Counted from the stretch's first letter, positions 11,751 to 25,277 are shown. The stretch: DNA of 64,000 bases from Octopus vulgaris (GCA_951406725.2 OX597815.1:158162001-158226000); one strand, 5' to 3'. Translations and numbers: made by a program. The notes: a model not told the origin generated them from the letters alone.

Positions 11751-14330
11751 TGACAGGGCTTGGAAGGGAGGGAAGAACGGTGGTAGCAGGGAATTGTATC
11801 AGACTGTCAGAAGGGAAGTTAGGACGTAGGTTTATTTAGCCAGAGGGGAAGCAGATAAGAAAAAATTTGCCAATGTTCTGCACCGTGGGGACCAAAGACT
11901 TGAGGTATTTCATGTTGCAAGACAGTGTGTGAAAGAGAATCGTAATGTTGTAGGAGAGAAATGTGTTTGCATGAATGATGGTTCACTTGCACTAAATGAG
12001 GCTGCAAAGAGAGAGGTTTGGAGATGCCACTATGAAAGGTTGCTCAATAAAGAAAATGAATGGGAGAAAGAGAGTCTGCTGAATGATCCCAAGATAGGGA
12101 CCAGCTATCCAAGTTGACAGTACCTTGGTAGATAAAGCAATTAAGATTATGAAGACAGGGAAAGGCCCCGGCCCATCAAGAATCACTGCAGAGATGCTCA
12201 AAATATCTGGCAGTGTCGGCTATAGCCTAGTCACCTGTATAGTTAACCAGATGATACACGAAGGAGTCATATCCTATGACTGGTGTAGCAGCACTATAGT
12301 CAACTGTTACAAAGGTAAAGGTGATGCTTTAGATACAAATTATTACAGAGGTATCAAGTTGTTGGATCAGGTAATGAAGGTCATGGAGAGGGTCATAGCC
12401 CAACTGATTAGGGAGTTAGTTAGTTTAGATGAGATGCAGTTTGGATTTGTGCCAGGGAAAAGCACTACTGATGCTATATTTCTGATAAGACAGCTGCAGG
12501 AGAAACACCTAGCCAAAGATAAACTTCTGTACATGGCTTTTGTTGACATGGAGAAAGCCTTTGACAGGGTTCCCTGATCCCTTATCTGGTGGTCAATAAG
12601 GAAACTAGGCATAGATGAATGGTTAGTGAGAGCTGTGCAAGCCATGTACAGGGATGCTGTCAGTAAGGTGAGGATTCGCAATGAGTACTGTGAAGAATGA
12701 CGGGTAGAGGTACGGATCCACCAAGGTTCAGTCTTTAGCCCCCTCCTATTTATCATAGTACTCCAGGCAATAACAGAGGGATTCAAGACAGGATGCCCCT
12801 GGGAGCTCCTCTATGCTGATAACCTTGCTCTAATTGCTGAGTCACTATCAGAACTTTGAGAAGTTTCAGGTGTGGAAACAAAGATTAGAATCGAAGGGCC
12901 TTAGAGTCAACCTAGCTAAAATTAAGTCCTAATAAGTAGGAAGGCAGGCAAACCACAAATCCCTTCAGGTGGATGGTCCTGCTCGATCTGTAGAAAAGGC
13001 ATAGGTAGAAAAACTATAAGATGTATCCAGTGTAAGTTATGGACACATAAGAGGTGTAGCAATATCAAAGGAAGGCTAACTGGGAAGATAGTTTTTGTAT
13101 GTGGCAGACACTTAAAATGTGCAGAGAACAACTTCTGCCACATTCCAGGGAGAAAAACTAGAAGTAGTTGATAGCTTCCATTACCTAGGTGACCAAGTCA
13201 GTAGTGGGGTAAGGTGCATTGAAAGTGTAGCTGCTAGAATAAGAACAGCCTGGGCAAAGTTCAGAGAGCTCTCACCTCTGCTGGTGACAAAGGGCCTCTC
13301 GCTCAGAGTAAAAGGTAGACTATGACGCATGTGTACGAACAGCCATGCTACATGGTAGTGAAACATGGGCCATGACTGCTGAGAACATGTGTAAGCTTGC
13401 AAGGAATGAAGCCAGTATGCTCTGATGGATGTGTAATGTCAGAGTGCATACTCGACAGTGTAACTACCTTGAGAGAAAAGTTGGACCCAAGAAGCATCAG
13501 ATGTGGTGTGCAAGAGAGACGACTGCGCTGATATGGTCATGTGGCGAGAATGGATGAGGAAGGCTGTGTGTAAAAGTGAAACACCTTAGCGATTGAGGGA
13601 ACCTGTGAAAGAGGTAGAGCCAGGAAGACATGGGATGAAGTGGTGAAGCATGACCTTCGAACATTAGGCCTCACCAAGGCAATGACTAGTGTTCGAGACT
13701 TTTGGAAATATACTGTGCTTGAGGAGACCCGGCAAGCCAAATGTGACCATAACCTCGTGGCCTATGCCAGGGGTGTAACCAGCCCACTTATGCATACCTT
13801 TCCTTCATTGGACACTAAACTCTGCTTGCGAAGACATGTTGAGGCAAGTGAAATCGAAATCAAATTCGATGACTGGCATCCGTGCTAGTGGAGTGCTAAG
13901 AGTATCATTCGAGTGTGATCGTTGCCAGAGCAGCTAACTGGCTTCCATGCCGATGGCATGTAAAAAGCACCATTCAAGCATGATCGTTACCAGCGTTGCC
14001 TTACTGGCACTTGTGCCAGTGACACGTGAAAAAACATTTGAGCGAGGTCGTTGCCCGTGCTGCTGGACTGGCTCCTGTGCAGGTTGCACGTAATAAACAC
14101 CATTTGAGTGTGGCTGTTGCCAGTACTGCCTGACAGGCTCTCGTGCCGGTGGCACGTAAAAGCACCCACTACACTCTCGGAGTGGTTGGTGTTAGGAAGG
14201 GCATCCAGCTGTAGAAACTCTGCCAGAAGAAGATTGGTGCCTGGTGCAGCCATCTTATTGCCAGTCCTCAGTCAAATTGTCCAACCCATGCTAGCATGGA
14301 AAGCGGACGTTGAACAATGATTATGATGAT
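11751..14330 (+). mobile_element. RTE-clade LINE, 5'-truncated, decayed (stops and frameshifts)
   Basis: [51 protein letters not shown] (YADD mutated), YLGD, 3' UTR and GAT tail. Confidence 0.96.
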
Positions 14331-14598
14331 AATATATAATATATATACAAATATGTTTTACATATATATAATATATATGTACATATACACACACACACAC
14401 ATATATACATATATGCATATATACATAGTATATATATACATATACACATAGTATATATACACACACACATATATATATATCATATATAATGTATAGATAC
14501 ATATCATTCATACATCATTTAGATTTGGGTTTTGGCCCCACCAATAGGGGTGGCCGTGTCTGCCTCAATGCCATAGCAACCGCCCTCAAAGTATCTCC

Positions 14599-14652
<54 letters not shown>

Positions 14653-14697
14653 ACATATATATATATATCTGCTTATGTATGTATATGTGTACATATG

Positions 14698-14742
<45 letters not shown>

Positions 14743-14759
14743 TTATATATATTTTATGA

Positions 14760-15715
14760 TATATTATTCTTAATATCATGAAATCAATATTAGAAAATTT
14801 ATCAGATAGATATATACATGTGTAAAATAATTGTTGTATTAAAAATTTAAATATATATAAATATATGTAAATATGTATAAGTATAAATATATAATGTATA
14901 TGACAGTTTAAAAGTTTTGAATTAAGTTTTTAAAGGATCTTACAAATGTTTCATAGAAGTGCTGTCCCTATAAGGGAATCCTATATTGATAAGCATTTAT
15001 AGACAACTCTTCTGCTTTTCAGAAATATAAAATTTGAATTTTGTATAATATATCGAATGGTAGTGTTTTAAAAATATGAAGTAATACTATAAAATGGTGT
15101 TTGTTTGAAATATAAATTAAAAATTAAAAATTACTACTTTTGATTTTGGTAAGTACATTTTAGTATGAGAGTTTTTAAATCCATATATACTTCCTTGGTT
15201 AGTCTTCTGTAATAATCCATAATAGTTATGTGTAAAATCCATTATATTGTCTTGTATTCCAAATATAGTTCATAGACTTAGATAACATAGAATAATGGAA
15301 TCCTATATTGATAAGGATTTATAGATAACTCTTCTTCTCTTCAGAAATATCAAATGTGAAACTTATATAATTTAGTGAATGGTAGCTTTTTTAAAATAAC
15401 TATGAAGTAATATGGGAAAATGGTGTTTGTTTGAAATATATATTAAAAATTACTACTTTTGATGTTGGCAAGTACACTTTAGTATGAGAATCTTGAAATT
15501 CATATATGCTTCCTTGGTAATTCTTCTGTAGCAATCCATAATAATTATGTATAAAATCCATTATATTGTCCTGTTATCCAAATATAGTTCATAGACTTAA
15601 ATAATATAAAATAAAATTATATTTGAAATTATATGTGAAGTTATAAAATTATTATTTGGTCAAAATATATCTTTTATATTTTTATTTTTATAATTGGAAG
15701 ATGCCAATTAAAATT
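14760..15715 (-). mobile_element. PLE-like 3' region with ~321-bp tandem duplication and a degenerate hammerhead (14937-15026)
   Basis: Direct repeats start near 14976 and 15297. The minus strand reads ATTT-CTGAAAA (CTGAAGA in the second copy)-..AGAAG..CTTCT..-GAAAC ATTT GTA-AGAT. Confidence 0.55.
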
Positions 15716-16403
15716 TTGTGTGCAGGTATGTGCGTATATACATGTGTGTGTGTTTATGCATGTGAGTATGTGCATATATAGACATGTTTTACTCACTGGC
15801 TTTTCTTTACACATTTTCCTGTATTTTGCCTTTAGCCCTGTTTTTTCTTGTGCATGTATGTATATAGACGTGCATATGAATTTTTTGTGCGTGCGTGTGT
15901 GTGCGTATATAGATGTATGCAGGTATATAGACGTGTGTGTGTGCTTGCATACGGGTATGTGCATATATAGATGTTTTTACTCTTATTACTTATTTTTTTA
16001 TACTTCTTTACACTTTTTTCTGTATTGTTGCCCTTAGCCCTGTTTTTTCTTGAGCATGTACATATATAAACATGTGTATGAACCTTTTTGGTGCACATGT
16101 GTGAGATTGTATATATATATATTTTTTTGGCGAATGGTGTGGGTGACAATGTGTGTGTTTCAAGTGATGGTGGATGAGTTAGTGTATACTTATAAGCGCA
16201 TGTATGTGGGTGTGCGGGCGCGCATGTGTAGGTATGGACATGTGCGCTTACGTGAATACTATGAACATTTTTACCCCCTTACTTTTACTCCCTCTCCTCA
16301 CTTAGCAGTCATTCAAATAGCCCTTTTGTTTTAATAATGGTCAATCACACAGTAATTTCCCTTTGTTTAACGGTCATTTTCATAGCATTTTTTCCGATGG
16401 CCG

Positions 16404-16464
16404 GATAACTGAAGAGATGGTGGTGTGGATTTCCACCCCGACATCTGAAACTCGGAGTTTTATC
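16404..16464 (+). ncRNA. Type I hammerhead ribozyme-like motif
   Basis: Stem I GATAA/TTATC, core CTGAAGA, stem II GATG/CATC, GAAA, stem III ACTC/GAGT, triplet GTT. Lies at the end of a TG-rich UTR-like segment (~15720-16570). Confidence 0.7.
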
Positions 16465-16566
16465 ATGGCTACCGAATAATTGTCACATATTACATTTACA
16501 GATAAATTCCTCTATTTACATAATATTGAGATCTCTGTCATTCTTTTGTTGTCTTGCTATTTCTAT

Positions 16567-16620
<54 letters not shown>

Positions 16621-17005
16621 GTGTGTTTGTTATTTTTGTCTGTATTTGTTCCCCCAACATCGCTTCACAACCAATGTTGGTGTGTTTGTGTCCCCGAAAC
16701 TTAGCAGTTTGTCAAAAGAGAACAATAGAATAAGTACTAGGCTTGCAAAGAAGAAGTCCTGGGGTTAATTTGTTCAACTAAAGGTGGTGCTCCGGCATGG
16801 CCACAGTCAAATGAGTGAAACAAATAAAAGAATATATATATATATGTATGTATACATATATCTATATCTATATATATATATATATATTCACCACACACCC
16901 ATGTTTGCTTCTGAACAACATGGTTTTGGGTTCAGTCTTGTGAGCGGATTTCATACATAAACTGGAAGAAGCCTGTTGTGTGTTTGTTTTTTTTTTTTAT
17001 TTATA

Positions 17006-17041
<36 letters not shown>

Positions 17042-17254
17042 TGAGTGAGTGTATGCGTGTGAGTATCTTTGAGTCTTTGTCCCCTCACCATTGCTTAACA
17101 ACCGATGTTGGTGTGTTCACTAAAAGAGGCTGATAGAATAAGTACTAAGTCCTGGGGTCAATTTCTTTGACTAAATGTGGTGCTCCAGCATGGCTGCAGT
17201 CAAATGGCAGAAATGTATAAAAGAATAAGAGAATATATATATATATATATAGAT

Positions 17255-17410
17255 CACAACATACATGTACACTGCAACATAATTTCTTTTCCTCAACAGG
17301 CCCTGCCCTATTTAACATTGTCCCGAGGGAGATCAAAGAGGAAAAGGATCCCATCAACTTTAAATAGTCTGGATAGATTCCTTCAAAGAATACCAGATAA
17401 GCCACCCATA
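17255..17410 (+). mobile_element. CR1/L2-group LINE 3' coding fragment; related pieces at ~41275-41450 and ~44895-45100
   Basis: HNFFSSTGPALFNIVPREIKEEKDP..LDRFLQRIPDKPP, typical of the CR1-like C-terminus. Confidence 0.7.
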
Positions 17411-17980
17411 ATTGGTGATAATTTACTGAATACTTCTGATGAGCACAAAATAAAATGCAGACACAAGTTACTTTACTTATATAATAAGTTTCTTGATAAA
17501 TAATAATTATTTATTAGCCTTAATTAGCTCCCTATTTATTGGTTTATGTTCTAGTATTATAAATATACTAAGTGATTTGTAGTACATATTATATTAGTTT
17601 ATTTTAGTTATTTAGGTTCTGTTTTTAATTATAGTTAGATTATAGATGATTTTTCATTGTATTAATAAATATTTTATTACTGAATAATAAATATTTAATG
17701 GTTTATTGAATATTGAGTCTGATTCTGAAACCACCTGATGAATGTCTACTACTCATAGATTTGATGACTGAAGACACGAAACGATCGTAGTGGATATTAA
17801 TAATTATTACATTTCTAAATAATATAAATTAATTTATGTATTGGCTTAAGTCTTTCTTTGTTTGATTTGCATAATAGTGGTTTTGTCTCTAATTTAATAT
17901 AATATAATATTTTACTATAAAATTGGATTCAATCCTAAATCTGATTTTTCCCTGTAAGTTTGGATTTATTCCCTAATATT

Positions 17981-17985
<5 letters not shown>
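17411..17985 (+). mobile_element. Penelope-like element 3' end
   Basis: C-terminus DNLLNTSDEHKIKCRHK...* (PLE LLN..E...KCRH motif), then an AT-rich UTR with a hammerhead. Confidence 0.75.
17731..17793 (+). ncRNA. Type I hammerhead ribozyme
   Basis: CCAC-CTGATGA-ATGTCT...AGACAC-GAAA-C GATC G-TA-GTGG. Stem I 4 bp, palindromic stem III loop, GUA cleavage triplet. Confidence 0.8.
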
Positions 17986-18027
<42 letters not shown>

Positions 18028-18068
18028 CATATATATATTATGATATACATATTATAATATATATATCA

Positions 18069-18110
<42 letters not shown>

Positions 18111-18179
18111 ATAATTATGAGTGTAATTATAATTAGGGTTCAGCAAAAATTTGCTTCACCACATACCGAAATTTAGAAA

Positions 18180-19112
18180 CATACACACGCGCTGTATGGT
18201 TAGCTAACTAACCGTAAAATTTCTATTGTAATTCACATTTAAAAGTATAGGCCAATCAAATCCATCTGTGAAAATTAATACCATGCGGGCAGAGGAATTC
18301 GACTGATTGCATATATATGCGGATGTCCGCTTGCATTGGATGGTACCGTCGTGGTGATATTAATTTTATTGACTTTTATTGACTTTTTGTGAAATGACAC
18401 ATTTTAATATATTGGACTGTTTAATATATATGCCTGCTTTGAGTGTGAGTGTATCTGTTGTGGTTTCTTGATGTTGGTTGAGGAGCTGTGGAGTTCAATA
18501 TGGAACATTATTGTGTTTGTTGATGTATATTGATCGATATTGTTTATATTGTATTATTGTGTATATATATATATGTAAGAATATGAGTGTGTATGCACAC
18601 ATATTTATATTTATATGTAAATTTTTTAGGATTTGTACTCATACTTGCATTAAAATCTCTGAAGAGGCCGTGAGATATTCTTGTTAATGTCTCATTTATA
18701 CCTGCTTTATATGGCTAATAGGTTAAATGAGACATACCTGTCTTCACAGCCGAAACAGCTGTCAGCTACAATGTAAATGTATTTCTATTTCTATTTCTAT
18801 GTCTTGTTATATTTGTACTATATTAATGTATAATGTATAATATCATTGATATTGTGTAGTGGTTTAATAAAGTATTGATTGGGTATTATCTGATAGTTGA
18901 TGATTGATTTAGATATATTTCTCCATTTTCTCATTTTGCATTATTAATTTACGGTAAAAATAATTTTACCTTTGCCCACATAATACAGTAGATGAATTAA
19001 TGGCATCGCAATTTTTAACATTTATGTATTAGCTTTGTTGGGTACTTCTCTAGCAGTATATTGGATATATGTTATCCCATGGAGGGTTGAATTTACAACC
19101 CCTATCTCATTT
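18180..19112 (+). mobile_element. PLE-like non-coding 3' region (pseudo-LTR) containing a hammerhead
   Basis: Contains the hammerhead at 18655-18767, ends at (TA)n, and its terminus recurs at 6382-6522. Confidence 0.6.
18655..18767 (+). ncRNA. Type I hammerhead ribozyme with extended stem II
   Basis: ATCT-CTGAAGA-GGCCGTGA...TCACAGCC-GAAA-C AGCT G-TC-AGCT. GUC triplet at 18761-18763. Stem II carries a 12-bp hairpin ATGTCTCATTTA/TAAATGAGACAT. Confidence 0.82.
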
Positions 19113-20139
19113 TTTATATATATATATATATATATCTCATATATATATAAAATATATAAATATTATATATACAATATATAATATATATAACATATATGTA
19201 ATATATATTTACGATATATAAATCTTATAATATATACAATATATAATATAATATACAATATATAACATATATATATATACATATGTATATAGTATACACA
19301 TCTACTATATATGTGGGAAATTCTGTTGTTGGTTAACTCTTGCTACATTGTTTTATCGATTTTAATGAAACTTGGTACATGAGCAGAACTCTAGAAACCT
19401 CATGGCATACTCAGAATGTTGAAAAGAATCGATAATAGGGCCTCCGGAAGGGATCCTTGAATATAGCCAAGAGAAATAATCCATTCATTTGCCTAAATTA
19501 TTTGGTAACAATGAAATTGAGTATGCTTATTTCTTAGCACTTGAACTGTTATTTTTGCAATTTATCCAGTAGGGCCCTTAAACAAGTAAATAGTATTTTC
19601 CTAAACAATATATATCCACTTATTTCGGTTAGTGACTTATTCAGAAATATACCAATACTAGCGCTCCTGAGGTTAACATTCTCTGGAAATGCACAAAAAT
19701 CCTTTTCAGAGTTATTTACTTCGAGTTGTTATTATCTCATATCTGATTAGCCTGTTATTACGTAACATGCTTCACGATTTTAGTATACATACCTTATTAG
19801 TATTTCCTCCTATGTTCTATATACACCGGGAATGCATTAAAGCGCACTTCGGGGTTACTTTATTTGAATTCTTACTATCGGGTAACTAATATCATGTTAT
19901 TACATAACTGACTTCACAATTTGGGTATTCATAATTTATTGGGAATTCCTAAAAATAAGATCCTTTGTAAGACAGTTTGGTATTCTCTATAAAAGCACAA
20001 AAACCGTTTTAAGGGCTACATACTTTGGATTGTTGTTATTGGATTAGTGAAACAAATATGAGAACAAAACCAAAGGATAAGCCCTGCTTTCCTGGGAATT
20101 ACTAGGTATGTCAGCTATATTTTTTTTTTTTTTTTTTTT

Positions 20140-22507
20140 CATCATTTAACGTCCGTTCTCCATGCTAGCATGGGTTGGATGGTTCGACCGGGGTTCTGGG
20201 AAGCCAGAAGGCTGCACCAGGCTCCAGTCTAATCTGGCAGTGTTTCTACAGCTGGATGCCCTTCCTAACGCCAACCACTCCGTGAGTGTAGTGGGTGCTT
20301 TTTACGTGCCACCTGCACAGGTGCCAGGTGAGGCTGGCAACGGCCACAGTCGGATTGGTGTATTTTATGTGCCACCGGCACGGAAGCCAGTCGAGGCGGT
20401 GCTGGCATCGGCCACGAGTCGGATAGTGCTTTTTACGTACCACCAGACCAGGGATCCTGGCTGGTTCAATTCGATTTCGATTTCGCTTGCCCCAACATGT
20501 CTTCACAAGCAAAGGGGGTTGGCATGGGTGCCTGTCGTACGGTCGCATTGGAGTATTTTACGTGCCACGGCCACGAGTTGGATAGTGCTTTTTACGTACC
20601 ACCAGACCAGGGATCCTGGCTGGTTCAATTCGGTTTCGATTTCGCTTGCCCCAACATGTCTTCGCAAGCAGGGGGGGTTGGCATGGGTGTCTGTCGTCGG
20701 ATGAGGTTCTATATCGACTTCGCTTGCCTCAACAGGTCTTTGTGTCCAAGGGAGGAAAGGCATTCATAAGTTAGCTGGGCTCACTTGTCCTGCCTGGTCT
20801 TCTCACGTACAGAATATTTCCAAAGGTCTCGGTCGCTGGTCATTTCCTCAGTGAGGCCTAAAGTTTGAAGGTCGTGCTTCACCACCTCGTCCCAGGTTTT
20901 CCTGGGTCTACCTCTTCCACGGGTTCCCTCAACTGCTAGGGATTGGCACTTTCTCACACACCTATCTTCATCCATTCTCACCACATGACCATACCAGCGC
21001 AATCGTCTCTCTTGCACACCACAACTGATGCTTCTTAGGTACATTTCTCTCAAGGTGCTAACGCTCTGTCGAGTATGTACACTGACATTACACATCCATC
21101 GGAGCATACTGGCTTCATTCCTCACGAGCTTACGCATGTCCTCAGCAGTCACGGCCCATGTTTCGCTGCCATGTAGCATGGCTGTTCGTACACACGCATC
21201 ATACAGTCTGCCTTTTACTCTGAGCGAGAGGCCTTTAGTCACCAGCAGAGGTAAGAGCTCCCTAAACTTTGCCCAGGCTATTCTTATTCTAGCAGTTACA
21301 CTTTCAGCACACCCACCCCCACTACTGACTTGGTCACCTAGATAACGGAAGCTATCAACTACTTCTAGTTTTTCCCCCTGGAAAGTGACGGAAGTTGTTT
21401 TCTGCAGATTTTCGGAGGTTAATGCTCCCGAGCATCTGCCACATACAAAAACTATCTTCCCAGTTAGCCTACCTTTGACATTGCTGCACCTCTTATGTGT
21501 CCATAGCTTACACTGGGTACATCTTATAGAGTTTCTACCTACACCTTTTCTACGGATCGAGCAGGGCCATCTTCCTGAAGACATTTGTGGATTGTCTACC
21601 TTCCTACTTATTAGTACTTTGGTTTTAGCTAGGTTGACTCTAAGGCCCCTTGATTCTAAACCCTCCTTCCACACCTGGAACTTCTCCTCCAGTTCTGATA
21701 GTGACTCAGCAATAAGAGCAAGGTCGTCAGCGTAGAGGAGCTCCCAGGGACAGCCTGTCTTGAATTCCTCCATAATTGCCTGGAGTACTATGATAAATAG
21801 GAGGGGGCTGAGTACTGAACCCTGGTGGACCCCAACCTCTACTTTGAATTCTTCTGTGTACATGTTGCCAACCCTAACCTTACTTACGGCATCTCTGTAC
21901 ATGGCTTGCACAGTCCTCACCAGCCATTCATCTATCCCTAGTTTCCTCATTGACCACCAGATAAGGGATCGGGGGACCCTATCAAAAGCTTTCTCCATGT
22001 CAACGAAAGCCAGGTACAAGGGCTTATCTTTGGCTAGGTATTTCTCCTGCAGCTGCCTTACCAGGAATATAGCATCAGTGGTACTTTTCCCTGGCACGAA
22101 CCCAAACTGCATCTCATCTAAACTAACTCTCTCTCTAATTAGTTGGGCTATGACCCTCTCTGTAACCTTCATTACTTGATCCAACAGCTTGATACCTCTG
22201 TAATTATTTGTATCTAGGGCATCACCTTTACCTTTGTAGCAGTTGACTAGTATGCTGCTGCACCAGTCATTGGGTATGACTCCTTCGTGTATCACCTGGT
22301 TGACTATACTGGTGACTAGGTTATAGCCGACACTGCCAGATATTTTGAGCATCTCTGCAGTAATTCCTGATGGGCCTGGGGCTTTCCCTGTCTTCATGCT
22401 TCTAATTGCCTTAGCTACCACGGAACTATCAACTCGGATAGCTGGTCCCTCTGTTGGGTCAACATTCGGCAGACTCTCTTTATCCCATTCATTTTCTTTA
22501 TTCAGCA
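20140..22507 (-). mobile_element. Young RTE-clade LINE, 5'-truncated
   Basis: Uninterrupted RT frame plus a 3' UTR with a ~130-bp internal duplication; 5' end abuts (TA)n. Confidence 0.97.
20781..22507 (-). CDS. RTE reverse transcriptase (partial, ~575 codons, no stops) with PHD-like Cys/His insertion; endonuclease domain absent
   Basis: [60 protein letters not shown]. The first ~77 aa of the 652-aa ORF call are flanking or microsatellite sequence. Confidence 0.93.
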
Positions 22508-22512
22508 TATAC

Positions 22513-22544
<32 letters not shown>

Positions 22545-22624
22545 ATATACATTTATATATATATACATATATACATATATATATATATATACACATATAT
22601 ATATGTATATATACATATATATAT

Positions 22625-22666
<42 letters not shown>

Positions 22667-22682
22667 GATATACATATATATA

Positions 22683-23091
22683 TGTGAATAAAAGAAGGAT
22701 AAAAATACCGCTTGCTAAAGATGAAAGCGAAAACTTCAAAAAGCACCAATCCTATGATAAATAGACACATGAGCAATGCAATGAACACTTCAAAAAATAG
22801 GCCTACCTTCAGGATGGAATTTGAAGATAGTTTACATACATCAATATCAATTGATTTCATGCTGTGCATGAGAACACATGCTTTGCAATCTTCAGTTGGA
22901 GAGAGTTAGTATCTCCAACTGAGGATTGCAAAGCATGTTTTCTTATGCACAGCATGAAATCAATTGATACTGGGGCATGTAAACTATCTTCAAATTCCAT
23001 CCTGAATTTGAAGATAGTTTACATCTTTGATGGTTTTTGAAGCTTTTGCTTTTATCTTTGGAAAGCAGTATTTTTATCCTTCTTGTATTCA
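22683..23091. repeat. Foldback element (~400 bp) between two RTE copies
   Basis: Inner arms TTCAGGATGGAATTTGAAG...CAGTTGGAGA / TCTCCAACTG...CAAATTCCATCCTGAA around a ~9-nt loop; outer arms AAGAAGGATAAAAATAC / GTATTTTTATCCTTCTT. Confidence 0.88.
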
Positions 23092-23178
23092 GATATTTAA
23101 TATTATAACTATTAACGTAGAAGTCTTGCTAACTGCCTCATTATTACTATTTTTAGCAGCAATAATGCTTTCATATAG

Positions 23179-23228
<50 letters not shown>

Positions 23229-23253
23229 GTATATATACATATATATATATATA

Positions 23254-23329
<76 letters not shown>

Positions 23330-23460
23330 ATGTATATATGTATATGTATATATACATATTATATATAGTATAATATATATGATATATATATGATATACAT
23401 ATATATATATATAATATATATTATATATATAATATATATACATATTTAATATACATGAAT

Positions 23461-24825
23461 ATAAAGATGCACCAAGTGTAAGCTATGGACACATAAGAGA
23501 TGCAGCAATGTCAAAGGAAGGCTAACTAGGAAGATGGTTTTTGTATGTGGCAGATGCTCAGGAACAATAAACACTGAAAATGCTCTGAGACCAACTTCCG
23601 TCACTTTCCAGGGAGAAAAACTAGAAATAGTTGATAGTTTCCGTTACCTAGGTGACCAAGTCAGCAGCGGGGGCGGGTGTGCTGAAAGTGTAACTGCTAG
23701 AGTAAGAATAGCTTGGGCAAAGTTCAGAGAGCTCTTACCTCTGCTCGTGACAAAAGGCCTCTCGCACAGAGTGAAAGGCAGACTGTATGATGCGTGTGTA
23801 CGAACAGCCATGCTACATGGCAGTGAAACATGGGCCGTGACTGCTGAGGATATGCGTAAGCTCGCTAGAAATGAAGCCAGTATGCTCCGATGGATGTGTA
23901 ATGCCGGTACTCACACTCGGCAGAGTGTAAGTACCTTGAGAGAAAAGCTGGACCTAAGAAGCATCAGTTGTGGTGTGCAAGAGAGACATTTGCGCTGGTA
24001 TGGTCATGTGGCGAGAATGGATGAAGATAGTTGTGTGAAAAAGTGCCACACCCTAGCGGTTGAGGGAACCTGTGGAAGAGGCAGACCCAGGAAAACCTGG
24101 GACGAGGTGGTGAAGCACGACCTTCGAACTTTAGGTCTCACTGAGGAAATGACTAGAGACCGAGACCTCTGGAAGTGTGCTGTGCGCGAGAAGACCCGGC
24201 AGGACAAGTGAGTCCATAACCCGTGGCCTTCTACATGGGATGGAGCTGGCCTACGTATGAATACCTTCCCTTCTTGGGACACAAAACTCTACTTGTGAAG
24301 ACGTGTTGAGGCAAGTGAGGATCAGAATCGAAATCGATCAATGGAAATTGCGGATGTGCTACCAGTGCCGGTGGCATGTCAAAACTCTGCTTGTGAAGAC
24401 CCGTTGAGGCAAGTGAGGATCAGAATCGAAATCGATCAATGGAAATCGATCAATGGAAATTGCAGATGTGTTACCAGTGCCGGTGGCATGTAAGAGAACT
24501 TTCCGTTTCGCGACCGTTGCCAGCACCGCCCTGTTTCGTGTCCGTTGCCAGCCTCGCCTGGCCCTCGTGCCGGTGGCACATAAAAAGCACCATCCGTTCG
24601 TGGCCGTTTGCCAGCTCTGTCTGGCACCAGTGCGGGTGGCACGTAAAAAGCACCCACTACACTCACGGAGTGGTTGGCGTTAGGAAGGGCATCCAGCCGT
24701 AGAAACACTGCCAGATTTGACTGGGCCTGATGAAGCCTTCTGGCTTCACAGACCCCAGTAGAACCGTCCAACCCATGCTAGCATGGAAAACGGACGCTAA
24801 ACGATGATGATGATGATGATGATGA
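23461..24825 (+). mobile_element. Young RTE-clade LINE, 5'-truncated, same family
   Basis: Open ORF 23534-24211 (VCGRC...REKTRQDK), 3' UTR with a 100-bp tandem duplication, (GAT)n tail. Confidence 0.96.
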
Positions 24826-24942
24826 TATATATATGATATACATATATATATGTAATATATATTATATATATATAATATATATATAATATACATACATATT
24901 TAATATATATATTATATATAATACATACATTTGTAATATATA

Positions 24943-25213
24943 TCTGTATATATATAAAAGGCAGGATGTGTGTGTGTGTGTGTGTGTGTACGTGAATGTA
25001 ATTTATGCACGTCCACAAATTAGCACGCATGTTGCTCCAATTTTAGGAGGACATTCGTCATGATCCTAGCTATATTTTCGTCAAATTATTTTCCTCTGAG
25101 GCACCAGTGAATAGCAGTAAAAATAAATTTTCGATCAATTTTCACGGTGGAGAAATCCACCATTGTTTACGAATATGAGTTAAGTCCTCTTCTAGCGATG
25201 CTGTAAAGAGGGA

Positions 25214-25277
<64 letters not shown>

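Noticed and set aside
22508-22739. N-terminal 77 aa of the 652-aa ORF, resembling a signal peptide fused to RT
   Set aside because: Read-through from a foldback arm and TA tract starting at a non-ATG codon; no evidence for a real fusion gene.
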